From positions 62,001-126,000 of the IMG/VR virus record IMGVR_UViG_3300038424_000251: DNA of 64,000 nt; one strand, written 5' to 3'. The position numbers were made by a program, and so were the translations under genes. The notes under the pieces were generated by a model. That model saw only the letters and a program-made list of their open reading frames with translations, did not search any database and was not told the DNA's origin. This document shows, piece by piece, positions 29,589-38,792 of the stretch; within the stretch, counting starts at the first letter, position 1, and each line of letters begins with the position of its first letter.

Positions 29589-32185
29589 TGTATCAAAATA
29601 TATACATCAACAGGAAAGATTGGATTGTTCATCTTTGGGATGATATTAAAGGTTATTCATCATTCCCGTATCCAAAATACGCTTATAAAAGACAAGTAGG
29701 TGGACCTGAAAAGTCAATATATGGTGATGAATTAGTAAAAGTATTTGATTATAAAGACAATGACACAGAGTTATTTGAGTCAGATGTTCCAGCAGAAACA
29801 AGAGTTCTTATGGATACTTACTCCGATTCAGATGAACCATCAATAGGTCATAGGGTGGGTGTAATTGATATTGAAGTATCAACAGAGGGTGGATTTCCAA
29901 ATATAGAAACTGCTGATAAAAAGATTACTGCTATTTCATTGTTTGATTATTTAACTAAAACTTGTTGTATATTTGTTCTTGATAAAGACCATAAAATTGA
30001 CAATAAAGAAGAGGAAGTTGACCCGTGGTTGCCAAAAGATTGGAAAATTACAACAGAAGAAATACAAAAAATAAAAATTGTTGTACGGTCATATGACGAT
30101 GAAGACAATCTTTTAATAGATTTCGTGGATAAATGGCAAGAATGTGCATTTACCATTGTTACAGGTTGGAATGTAGATTATTTTGACCTCCCTTATTTGT
30201 ATCTCCGATTAAAAAATTGTCTTGGTATAAAAGCAGCTAAATGTTTATCGCCCACTGGTGCAGCATATGTAAATGGTTTTACCAAAAAACTAACGCTTGG
30301 TGGTATATCGGTTCTTGATTATATCCTACTATATAAGAAGTTTTCTGGAAAGATGGAACCAACTTATGCTTTAGGTCCTATTGGTTTAAAAACTGTTGGT
30401 ATCGGTAAAATTCAATATCACGGTAATTTAGACGATTTATACAAATCAGATATAAACAAATTTTTAGAATATAACATGACCGATGTTAAAATTATTGTTG
30501 CATTGGATAAAAAACTTAAATTTATTGATTTAGCTAGAAATATTTGTCATGTAGGCCACGTTCCATATGATAATTTTCATATGTCATCACGATATCTTGA
30601 TGGAGCTACATTGATTTATTTGAAACGAAATGGCGGTCTTATTTCTCCAAATAAACCAGCAGAGGGAAAAGAAGAATATACTGAAAGGTTGGAAGAAGGA
30701 GAAGAAGGATTTTCTGGTGCATTTGTCAAGGAGCCCGTGCCGGGAAGATATAATTGGGTTTTTGACCTTGATTTAACTTCAATGTATCCCAATATTATTA
30801 TTTCCCTGAATATATCTCCAGAAACGAAAGTAGGTAAAATAGAAAATTATTCACTCGAAAAGCGTATAAAAGGAGAGACTACAATGTATGAAATTGGTCA
30901 AACAAATTATACACCTGATGAGTTTGAAGAGTTGGTTGAAAAATCAAATTATTCTATTAGTTCTAACGGTATATTATATCGTACAGATAAAGCCGGTGTA
31001 ATTCCTACTCTTTTGTCGTTATGGTTTCAACAGCGCAAGAATATGAGGAAAAAAGCTGCTGAATTCAAAAAAGCTGGTGATATGGAACAATATAATTTCT
31101 ACAACCAACGTCAAGCGGTTTGGAAAATTTTACTCAATTCATTTTACGGAGTATTAGGGTTGCCTTTATTCCGATTTTATGATGTGGATAATGCTGAAGC
31201 AGTAACTACTACAGGTGTAGATATTATTCAAACTACTGCCAAGGCAATTAACATCTATTACAAACAAGCATTGGAAACTGATGAAGATGGTGATTGGGTT
31301 ATTTATAGTGATACCGATTCGTGTTTTGTTGATTCAATTCCCATTATTAAAAAGAGATTTCCAGATATAGATTTGAATAATGAAGATGAAATGACTAAAG
31401 CCATTATGAGCGTGACTACGGAAGTTCAGAGTTATGTGAATCAATTTTATCATGTGATGGCTAAAAAATTCTTCAATTTAAATAAACACACATTTGATGC
31501 TAAGCAGGAAGTAATTAGTAAATCATCGTTTTGGCTTGCTAAGAAACGATATGCGCAATGGATTATTCATGAAGAAGGTGCCTTATTAAAACAACCAAGA
31601 TTGGAAGTAAAAGGTATCGACGTTGTCCGAACATCATTTCCAGCTTCATTTCGGACATTTATGGATTCTTTCTTGAGAAAATTATTGACTGCAGCTCCAA
31701 AAAAGGAACTTGATGATATGATTCTCAAATTCAGAGAAGATATAAAAACACTTGATGTTCTTGATATTGCAAAAAATACTTCTGTAAAATTTGTAAGTCA
31801 GGACGGTGTTCATAACTATAATCCAGATAATAGAAGGCCTCTTCAATTTGTCAAAGGAACGCCGGCACAAGTAAAAGCATGCTTAGCTTACAATGATTTG
31901 TTAATTAAAATGAAGTTAGAAAAACAATTTGAACCAATTCATCATGGTCAGAAAATCAAATGGGTATATTTACAAGATAATCAATATAACTTAGATGCTT
32001 TAGCTTTAAAAGGTGATGGAAATGACCCCGATGAAATATTGGAAATAGTTAATCGGTTAGTTGATAGGAAGAAAATGTTCGAACAGGAATTAAAGAGTAA
32101 ACTAATAGATTTTTACAATGTATTTAAGTGGACATTTCCAAATTCGTCAATGGAAACTGCAAGCCAATTTTTTGATTTTTCTTAA
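29588..32185 (+). CDS. family B DNA polymerase (T4 gp43-like)
   Basis: ExoI DIEV, ExoII GWNVDYFD, ExoIII YNMTD; DLTSMYP, KILLNSFYG, YSDTDS, KKRY. Confidence 0.97.
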   Translation: MYQNIYINRKDWIVHLWDDIKGYSSFPYPKYAYKRQVGGPEKSIYGDELVKVFDYKDNDTELFESDVPAETRVLMDTYSDSDEPSIGHRVGVIDIEVSTEGGFPNIETADKKITAISLFDYLTKTCCIFVLDKDHKIDNKEEEVDPWLPKDWKITTEEIQKIKIVVRSYDDEDNLLIDFVDKWQECAFTIVTGWNVDYFDLPYLYLRLKNCLGIKAAKCLSPTGAAYVNGFTKKLTLGGISVLDYILLYKKFSGKMEPTYALGPIGLKTVGIGKIQYHGNLDDLYKSDINKFLEYNMTDVKIIVALDKKLKFIDLARNICHVGHVPYDNFHMSSRYLDGATLIYLKRNGGLISPNKPAEGKEEYTERLEEGEEGFSGAFVKEPVPGRYNWVFDLDLTSMYPNIIISLNISPETKVGKIENYSLEKRIKGETTMYEIGQTNYTPDEFEELVEKSNYSISSNGILYRTDKAGVIPTLLSLWFQQRKNMRKKAAEFKKAGDMEQYNFYNQRQAVWKILLNSFYGVLGLPLFRFYDVDNAEAVTTTGVDIIQTTAKAINIYYKQALETDEDGDWVIYSDTDSCFVDSIPIIKKRFPDIDLNNEDEMTKAIMSVTTEVQSYVNQFYHVMAKKFFNLNKHTFDAKQEVISKSSFWLAKKRYAQWIIHEEGALLKQPRLEVKGIDVVRTSFPASFRTFMDSFLRKLLTAAPKKELDDMILKFREDIKTLDVLDIAKNTSVKFVSQDGVHNYNPDNRRPLQFVKGTPAQVKACLAYNDLLIKMKLEKQFEPIHHGQKIKWVYLQDNQYNLDALALKGDGNDPDEILEIVNRLVDRKKMFEQELKSKLIDFYNVFKWTFPNSSMETASQFFDFS

Positions 32186-32224
32186 CATTCTATATTATGA
32201 TGGAATGAATAATCTATTATAATA

Positions 32225-32253
32225 TTGACGTAACTTTGAAAAGAAGTTACAAT
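32225..32253 (+). promoter_or_regulatory. sigma70-like promoter TTGACG-17-TACAAT with overlapping inverted repeat GTAACTT-N7-AAGTTAC
   Basis: Direct sequence; precedes the R-M pair. Confidence 0.7.
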
Positions 32254-32289
32254 AATACGATGTTGAAAATAAAACAAAGTATATAAATT

Positions 32290-33012
32290 ATGAATTATCC
32301 AACTGAAAAAGAACTCAAAGACTTACTAGAATCAGACCTAGAACTTAATGCTATTGCTCAATCAGGCCCTTCTCTTGAAAAGGGACATCATGTTGCTCCA
32401 GAGGTTGAAAGAATTGTCCGTGAAAAATTGTATAATGCTTATGGGGGCAAATATGAAGAATTTATTGACATATATAAAATAGGTCCCAATAAAGGCCAAC
32501 CAAAACCTAAGAAGCAAGGAAAGGGAGTTAGAAAGGAACCAGATTACAAACTAAAAGATTTTCCTGACCAACCGGGTAATGTAAAAGCAGCATGTGTGTC
32601 TGAAAAAGATGGTGGACCTAATCTTTCATCTCTCTCTAAATACGCTACCCAATATATCGATGGTCAAATAAAAGCTTATTGGTTTCTTATTGTCAATTTA
32701 ATAGATGGTAAAGTTTCTGTCAACTTTCATGAATTGTTTAGTGAACTTCTTCCAGTTTGCCGATTTGATTTTGGTCATGGACAATTAATGCTTGATAAAA
32801 GTAGATATTACAAATGGTTAAAAGAACCAAATCATACAAAACTTTCGCCAACAGAATCTATTGATTATTTATTGGAACTTATATCCAAACCAAAAAGAGA
32901 AAAATTTTACGAAAAAAGAGAAAAGAAATATTCCAAACTTGAAGAGAATTTACTTAAGAAAAAATTGGCGTTGAAACCTTCTTATGAGAACACGGAAGCA
33001 CCAAAGGAATAA
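32290..33012 (+). CDS. putative type II restriction endonuclease
   Basis: EPDY…GNVK PD-(D/E)XK-like pattern; overlaps the MTase gene. Confidence 0.55.
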   Translation: MNYPTEKELKDLLESDLELNAIAQSGPSLEKGHHVAPEVERIVREKLYNAYGGKYEEFIDIYKIGPNKGQPKPKKQGKGVRKEPDYKLKDFPDQPGNVKAACVSEKDGGPNLSSLSKYATQYIDGQIKAYWFLIVNLIDGKVSVNFHELFSELLPVCRFDFGHGQLMLDKSRYYKWLKEPNHTKLSPTESIDYLLELISKPKREKFYEKREKKYSKLEENLLKKKLALKPSYENTEAPKE

Positions 33013-34594
33013 TAAACGTCAAATGGGTCAATTTATGACCCCCAGATTATTGGCACAGAAAGTAATAGGAAATGACATTAAGAAAGAAGAGAATATTTTA
33101 GAGCCATCTTTCGGTGATGGCTCTTTTATTATAGAGATAGCAAAAAAATTGATGCCCATATATGACTATAATCTGGATAATGTATTTGACCACATATACG
33201 GCATAGAATTAGACCCAATTCTTTATAACAAGTGTTTACTGAATATAAAAAAAGAATTTGGTAAAATACCTGAAAAACACCATCTTATTAATGAGGATTT
33301 TTTACTGCATAATTTTGATGGAATATTTTTCAAACATATTTTGGGAAATCCACCGTTTGGGGGAACTATACCAATTAAATATCAAAATAAATTAGAAGAA
33401 TTATATGGTAAAAGATATGGAAAAACTATAAAAAGAGAAAGTTATTCATATTTTTTAGTAAAAAGTGTAGGAATGTTGGAAGTAGAAGGAAAATTATCAT
33501 TTATATGTAGTGATACTTTTCTTACAATAAAAACCATGTGCGGATTACGGAATTTTTTAATGCAAGAAGGACTTGTGTCAATCAAAGAATTGCCTGAATT
33601 TTCAGAGGAAACCAATTATGGCATGGTAATTATTGATTTCATAAAATCAAATAAAAAAGAATCTAACTATATTGAAGTCTTTGGACAAAAAATCTTCAAA
33701 AAGGATATGGAAAAAATAGGGAATTTGTCTTGGGGAAATGTTAATGAATACATGAAATATTTTATAGGCCCTCATTTATCAACTTATATTATTTGTAGTA
33801 GTGGGATGACTATAGGAAAAAATGAATATTTTGTCAGAGAAATAGTTGATGATAAAATAATAGAGCCATACAACTTTACATTTTATAATAAACCGATTAC
33901 ATTAAAAGATGAATTGAATAGAGCACATTTTAATAAGTTATCAGAATCACAAAAAGTAAAAATCACACACAAAGAACAAATGGGAGAAACAAAAAAAGAT
34001 GTCAAAATTGAACCTTTAACAGTACCTGAATCAATAATGATTCCAAATGATTACTATAAATATTATAATAAAATGGTCCCCGGTGATGTATATGTAGAAC
34101 CAAAATATGTAATTTATTGGAGAAATGATGGTGAAGCGGTTAAAATGTTTAAAAAAAATGGAAATTGGTATCTTCATGGTATAGGGGGATTGCCCTTCTT
34201 TGGAAGAGAAGGAATTACATGGAATCTAATAGGTTCTAAAATCAACCCAAGATATTTGCCAAAAGGTTATATTTTGGATAGTGGGTGCCCATGTGGATTT
34301 CTGAAAAATGGTGTTGAAAAAGACGAATTATTCTTTATTATGGGGTGGCTTTTAACTTCCATGGCAAATGATATTCTCAAAAATGTTATAAATCATACCA
34401 GAAATATTCAGGGAAAAGATGTTGAAAAACTTCCATATCCTATATGGGTTTCAGATTCTACAAAACATAAAATAATAGATTATGTTAAGTCGATTATTGA
34501 TTTAAAGAAAAATGGAACTCCGTTGGAAAATAGTTATGTTGAAGTTCTAACAGAGTTATTTGATTTTCAGATTGAAAAAAGTGGTGTTGACTAA
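32984..34594 (+). CDS. amino (N6-adenine-type) DNA methyltransferase, gamma class (TaqI/Eco57I-like)
   Basis: GQFMTP, LEPSFGDGSF, YGIELD, GNPPF, C-terminal TRD. Confidence 0.9.
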   Translation: MRTRKHQRNNKRQMGQFMTPRLLAQKVIGNDIKKEENILEPSFGDGSFIIEIAKKLMPIYDYNLDNVFDHIYGIELDPILYNKCLLNIKKEFGKIPEKHHLINEDFLLHNFDGIFFKHILGNPPFGGTIPIKYQNKLEELYGKRYGKTIKRESYSYFLVKSVGMLEVEGKLSFICSDTFLTIKTMCGLRNFLMQEGLVSIKELPEFSEETNYGMVIIDFIKSNKKESNYIEVFGQKIFKKDMEKIGNLSWGNVNEYMKYFIGPHLSTYIICSSGMTIGKNEYFVREIVDDKIIEPYNFTFYNKPITLKDELNRAHFNKLSESQKVKITHKEQMGETKKDVKIEPLTVPESIMIPNDYYKYYNKMVPGDVYVEPKYVIYWRNDGEAVKMFKKNGNWYLHGIGGLPFFGREGITWNLIGSKINPRYLPKGYILDSGCPCGFLKNGVEKDELFFIMGWLLTSMANDILKNVINHTRNIQGKDVEKLPYPIWVSDSTKHKIIDYVKSIIDLKKNGTPLENSYVEVLTELFDFQIEKSGVD

Positions 34595-34615
34595 ATACAT
34601 TATTTGTGATATAAT
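34587..34615 (+). promoter_or_regulatory. strong sigma70-like promoter TTGACT-17-TATAAT (TG-extended), 8 nt before the ATG at 34624
   Basis: Near-consensus motif. Confidence 0.8.
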
Positions 34616-34623
34616 GTACTATT

Positions 34624-34812
34624 ATGAATATGACACCTTTAATCAATCGACAAGCGATTAAACGAATGGCTCTTAAATTGAGTAAATCAATCAGAGCAGG
34701 TAGATTTACTAGAGTTGGTAGTGAATTTTTTATTCGCGTGAATTCACGGTTGGATGCAATTATTCGTGAAGAAGTTCACAAACATCCAAGCATTGGAAAG
34801 ACATTGAAATGA
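34624..34812 (+). CDS. small basic protein with histone-fold-like pattern
   Basis: LINRQAIKRMA (a1) … RVGSEF (L1) … long a2 … GKTL (L2); 62 aa. Confidence 0.55.
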   Translation: MNMTPLINRQAIKRMALKLSKSIRAGRFTRVGSEFFIRVNSRLDAIIREEVHKHPSIGKTLK

Positions 34813-35150
34813 AAAAACATGGGAAAACATATAAGCCTGTAGGTAGGTTAAAAATTCCTACAACGATTCCTATCTTGATTTCAGGAGTAGGTATGATTAA
34901 TACAAATAAAAATATGAAAATAACAATTGAATGTGAAATGAAAGATAAGTGGGTTCCTCATTTTTTGGGAATGCTTTATCATATGGAAAAATTGGGTAAA
35001 CTGGGAAGTTCAAGAAGAATATCAATATATGCAGATGGTGATGGCGATTTTAGACCAAGATTTAAGTGTATTCAATCAAGTGAACCACTTCCTTTGCCTG
35101 CTAAACCTGTTGAGGAAATTGATGGCAATACGATATTTGATGCTGGTTAA
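34809..35150 (+). CDS. hypothetical protein (YADGDGDFRP motif)
   Basis: ORF in operon; the true start may be downstream (MKITIEC). Confidence 0.6.
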   Translation: MKKHGKTYKPVGRLKIPTTIPILISGVGMINTNKNMKITIECEMKDKWVPHFLGMLYHMEKLGKLGSSRRISIYADGDGDFRPRFKCIQSSEPLPLPAKPVEEIDGNTIFDAG

Positions 35151-35152
35151 TT

Positions 35153-35638
35153 ATGTCAGATAAAATTTTCAATTTTGATGACCAATTAAAAATCGGTAAC
35201 AATGGAGAAACCGATTTTATGAGGATTTATGAAAAGCTTGAACCTAAAAAAAGTTTAGATAATTTTCGTATTGACTTTCTTCTTAATAATGGTAAGACTA
35301 TAGAATTAAAGACTGATAATTATGACATGAATAAAACCCCAAATTTTTTCATGGAACAATATACAGTTTCAGGAAATAAAAGTGATTTGGGTGGTCCTTG
35401 GCGTTCAAAAGAACATAACGTTGATTATTTTGTTTATTATTTTATTAAAAATAAAGTATTCTTTTGGTTTGACCCTGTTTCATTGTGTGAATGTTTGGAT
35501 AAGTTCATAAGAGAAAATGAACTCAAACAAATTTCAATACCAAATGTAGATAAGAATGGTGGATGTTATAAAGCGTTGGGATTTAAGATTCCAAGAGATA
35601 GTTTAAAATCTGTTCTTCTTAAAGAACATAAAATATGA
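35153..35638 (+). CDS. PD-(D/E)XK nuclease-like protein
   Basis: GE..F, IDF…TIELKTD…NFFME, GGPW, DYFVYYF. Confidence 0.7.
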   Translation: MSDKIFNFDDQLKIGNNGETDFMRIYEKLEPKKSLDNFRIDFLLNNGKTIELKTDNYDMNKTPNFFMEQYTVSGNKSDLGGPWRSKEHNVDYFVYYFIKNKVFFWFDPVSLCECLDKFIRENELKQISIPNVDKNGGCYKALGFKIPRDSLKSVLLKEHKI

Positions 35639-35868
35639 AAATAAAAAGTAAAAAATTAAGTAAAATTGAAAAAGAAATTGGTAAATGTATGGAAAAGTAT
35701 ATAGGAGAGCCTATAGATGATATCACTTTGTCAAAAATTGAAAAATCAGTCCAAAAATTAATAAATAATTGTTTTCCAAATCAATATAAAGTTATAATGG
35801 ACAGGTCAAATAATTCTCCAAAAAATATAGACAATCAAATTTTAAATATTGACCTAATTTTAAAATGA
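35635..35868 (+). CDS. mini-protein resembling the contractile tail sheath C-terminal domain
   Basis: IGEPIDDIT…YKVIMDRSNNSPKNIDNQILNIDLILK compared with the sheath consensus FEPND..T…V.CDE.NNTP..ID.N.L..DI. Confidence 0.55.
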   Translation: MKIKSKKLSKIEKEIGKCMEKYIGEPIDDITLSKIEKSVQKLINNCFPNQYKVIMDRSNNSPKNIDNQILNIDLILK

Positions 35869-36662
35869 AGTTTGATTACACAATCAAAGAAGTAAATAAA
35901 TTTACCGCAGCTAAATTAGTTCAACAACATCACTATTCCAAGGTAATGCCTAAACTTACCAAGCATTATCTTGGTGTATTTATTGGTGATAAGATGGTTG
36001 GTGTACTAACTCTTGGATGGGGAACGCAACCCCGCCAAACTATCAATAAACTTTTTCCCGGTCTTACAACCAAGGACTATTATGAAATTGGTAAGATGTG
36101 TATGCTTCCTGAAATGCCCAAAAATTCTGAATCACAAATGTTATCTGCAATTATCAAATGGATAAAAATACATTTGCCAGAAAAGCTATTTCTATATACA
36201 TGGGCTGATGGTATTGTTGGTAAAGTTGGTTATGTGTATCAATCAGCAAATTTCTATTATGGTGGTTTCATTTGGACGGATATTTATATTAGCCCTGATG
36301 GGGAGAAAATTCATCCAAGAACCTCACATAATCTTTGTATAGAGAATGCTAAGTTTTGTAATAAAGAAAAGATATTCTGGTTGACCCGAGATTTTATGAA
36401 ATTGAAAGGAATCACTAGAATAAGAGGAAAACAATTCAGATATATTATGCCTTTATCTAAAATGGCTAGAAAAATGCTTGACAAATCTACTGTTAGATGG
36501 ACAATAGATTATCCTAAAGAAGAAGATTTAGAATGGAAAAAACAAATTGATGGTGGTTATGAACTAATTAAAGAATTGCCAAAAATTGATTTGGGAATGG
36601 TCAATATAAATAAAAAGAATGTCAATTCTTATAAAAGGGAAGAAAATCAATTTTTTGGATAA
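35865..36662 (+). CDS. Mom-like (GNAT fold) DNA modification protein
   Basis: HHYS, VGVLTLG, EIGKMC…PKNSESQMLS, TWAD….GYVYQSANFYYGG. Confidence 0.8.
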   Translation: MKFDYTIKEVNKFTAAKLVQQHHYSKVMPKLTKHYLGVFIGDKMVGVLTLGWGTQPRQTINKLFPGLTTKDYYEIGKMCMLPEMPKNSESQMLSAIIKWIKIHLPEKLFLYTWADGIVGKVGYVYQSANFYYGGFIWTDIYISPDGEKIHPRTSHNLCIENAKFCNKEKIFWLTRDFMKLKGITRIRGKQFRYIMPLSKMARKMLDKSTVRWTIDYPKEEDLEWKKQIDGGYELIKELPKIDLGMVNINKKNVNSYKREENQFFG

Positions 36663-36673
36663 TAAAAGGAAAT

Positions 36674-36991
36674 ATGCATTATAAAGATGGAACAGAAGCA
36701 ATGGTTGGAGATATAGCTCGTGGTAAAGGATTTAATATTCCTTATGAAATTGTAGCTCCAGTGACAAAATTAAAACCTGAAGGTGGTAAATGCAATCTTG
36801 AACTTAAAGTTGTTAAAGCTACACTGATACCGGGATACAATGATGGTGATGGTGGAATCGGATGGATTCCCGAACAATGGACTTTTGATATGATTGACGA
36901 ATATGGTGACGTTTCTGAATTTGAATTGATTTACCGAAAAGGTTGGAAGAGAGTTCAATCCCGTAATCTTGTTTGGGAAAAAAGCTGTTAA
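36674..36991 (+). CDS. hypothetical protein (MHYKDG.EA.VGD motif)
   Basis: SD-like AAGGA upstream; 105 aa ORF. Confidence 0.65.
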   Translation: MHYKDGTEAMVGDIARGKGFNIPYEIVAPVTKLKPEGGKCNLELKVVKATLIPGYNDGDGGIGWIPEQWTFDMIDEYGDVSEFELIYRKGWKRVQSRNLVWEKSC

Positions 36992-37002
36992 TTATAGTTT
37001 TA

Positions 37003-37548
37003 ATGAGTGAAAAATTTACAATAGGTTATAAATCCATTTTTGATACACCTGCTGATGCTTATGTCAATACCATTAACTGTGTGGGTATAATGGGCGCTGG
37101 TATTGCTTTGGAGTTTAAGAAACGTTATCCTTTGATGTTTGAACATTATAAAGAACTATGCTCTAAACATGCAATTCGTCCCGGTGATTGTTACACTTAT
37201 TTTGACCACGAACATCAGATTTATCTTCTTGGATTAGCAGTAAAAAATGATTGGCATTATTGGAGTACTCTTGAATGGATTGAATCATCAATTAAATCGT
37301 TAAAACTTGCTATATTGGAGAATGACATTAAATCAGTAAATATGCCTTTACTCGGAGGAAAGAATGGAAGAAGAGGCCCATATGGAAAAGTGGAGGGATT
37401 TACACCGCCGCCAGACAGAATTGAATTGAAAAAATTGATTGAAGAAGAACTTAAACCATTCGCTGAAAAATTTCAGATAATTATCAATTTGTGTTTACCT
37501 GATGAACAACCAAAAAAACAAGAAGTTACATTGGATTCATTTATATGA
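37003..37548 (+). CDS. macro domain ADP-ribose hydrolase (DarG/Poa1p-like)
   Basis: VNTINCVGIMGAGIALEFKKRYP, K..W…S.LEWI, MPLLG. Confidence 0.85.
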   Translation: MSEKFTIGYKSIFDTPADAYVNTINCVGIMGAGIALEFKKRYPLMFEHYKELCSKHAIRPGDCYTYFDHEHQIYLLGLAVKNDWHYWSTLEWIESSIKSLKLAILENDIKSVNMPLLGGKNGRRGPYGKVEGFTPPPDRIELKKLIEEELKPFAEKFQIIINLCLPDEQPKKQEVTLDSFI

Positions 37549-37967
37549 ACAGAGAAATAAAATTTAGAGTTTGGGATGATGTTGAAAAGAAAATGCTTTA
37601 TCCAAAGGATATTTTTAATGAACAGAGTATTTTTTATGAAGATGATGAAAATGGTAATCTTTTGATAAATAGAGTTATTGATAGTTATGGTGTAAGGCGA
37701 AGTCTGGCCATCCAACAATATACCGGTCTTAAAGATAAACATAGCAAAGAAATTTATGAAGGAGATATCATAGAAACTATATACCAATCCAAAGGTTCAA
37801 TAATTTACTTAAACGAATTTGGTGGATTTAGAATTATAGTCAATGAAATATGTCTTCCTATTGTGACGGTTAGATTTATTGATGAAAAACCAAATGGATT
37901 ATTATTAGTTGTTGATAAAATAATAGGTAACATTTTTGAAACACCAGAATTACTAAATAAAATATAA
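37545..37967 (+). CDS. YopX family protein
   Basis: REIKFRVWD…QYTGLKDK..KEIYEGDI…IGNIFETPELL. Confidence 0.9.
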   Translation: MNREIKFRVWDDVEKKMLYPKDIFNEQSIFYEDDENGNLLINRVIDSYGVRRSLAIQQYTGLKDKHSKEIYEGDIIETIYQSKGSIIYLNEFGGFRIIVNEICLPIVTVRFIDEKPNGLLLVVDKIIGNIFETPELLNKI

Positions 37968-37971
37968 AAAA

Positions 37972-38007
37972 TAGACAAAGAATAAAACGTATGGTAATAT
38001 ATTACCA
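37972..38007 (+). promoter_or_regulatory. promoter TAGACA-17-TAATAT overlapped by the perfect 16-bp palindrome TGGTAATATATTACCA
   Basis: Direct sequence; upstream of the clamp/clamp-loader genes. Confidence 0.6.
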
Positions 38008-38025
38008 AAATTGGAGAATATAAAT

Positions 38026-38778
38026 ATGGAAAAGAAACACATTGAAACATTTATTAAAAAATATAATTTGGGCGGTACCATCGAGGGCGTTCTTTGGTCT
38101 AATAATAACAACGATTTGTCAGTAACCGCGATGACTTCTGATAGGAAGTTGTTCACTTCTGTTCAGTTGGAAAAAGCGGCTACATTCTTTAGCGGTATAG
38201 AAATAGGTATATCAGACACCAACAAACTTAAAAAAATGTTGTCGCCTCTCGCAGATAATATTGCCTTATCGTTGGATATTGATGAAAACGATGTGACAAG
38301 AGTTCGTCAACTAATTGCCGAAGATGGAAAAATCGGAATCAACTATGTAACAGCTGGCGTTGATGTTATTGACCCTGTTCCAACTATGAAGAATGTTCCA
38401 CCATTTACGGTAGAAATTGTTTTTACACCTGAATTTATTGATGCTTTTAATAAATCATTTGGTGCTATTGATGATAAGGATGCCTTATTTACCCTTATTA
38501 TGAGTAAAAAGAAACAGAAATTGGAAATGGTATTAGGTTATAAACAAAAAAATTTGTCAGATAGAATTGCTATGGAAGTCACTGCTACTGCTGGTAAAGA
38601 TATAGTGAAAAATCCAATAAGTTTTAGTGCCAAGCATCTTAAAGAAATTTTATCTGCTAATGGTGAAGTGAATAATCCAGTTCTAAACGTGTCAGAAGCT
38701 GGATTGGCTAGTATAGCTTTTAATGATAGTGGATTTAAGAGTCAATATTATTTAGTTAAAATTGATGTAGAAGATTAA
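38026..38778 (+). CDS. DNA sliding clamp (gp45/PCNA-like)
   Basis: ~250 aa, two-domain beta-rich pattern, IGISD..KLKKML, F.AKHLKEIL, YYLV C-terminus; adjacent to the clamp loader. Confidence 0.75.
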   Translation: MEKKHIETFIKKYNLGGTIEGVLWSNNNNDLSVTAMTSDRKLFTSVQLEKAATFFSGIEIGISDTNKLKKMLSPLADNIALSLDIDENDVTRVRQLIAEDGKIGINYVTAGVDVIDPVPTMKNVPPFTVEIVFTPEFIDAFNKSFGAIDDKDALFTLIMSKKKQKLEMVLGYKQKNLSDRIAMEVTATAGKDIVKNPISFSAKHLKEILSANGEVNNPVLNVSEAGLASIAFNDSGFKSQYYLVKIDVED

Positions 38779-38792
38779 AAAATGGAATAAAT

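Noticed and set aside
29588-32185. Intein or intron in the polymerase
   Set aside because: 865 aa with normally spaced motifs and no splice signatures
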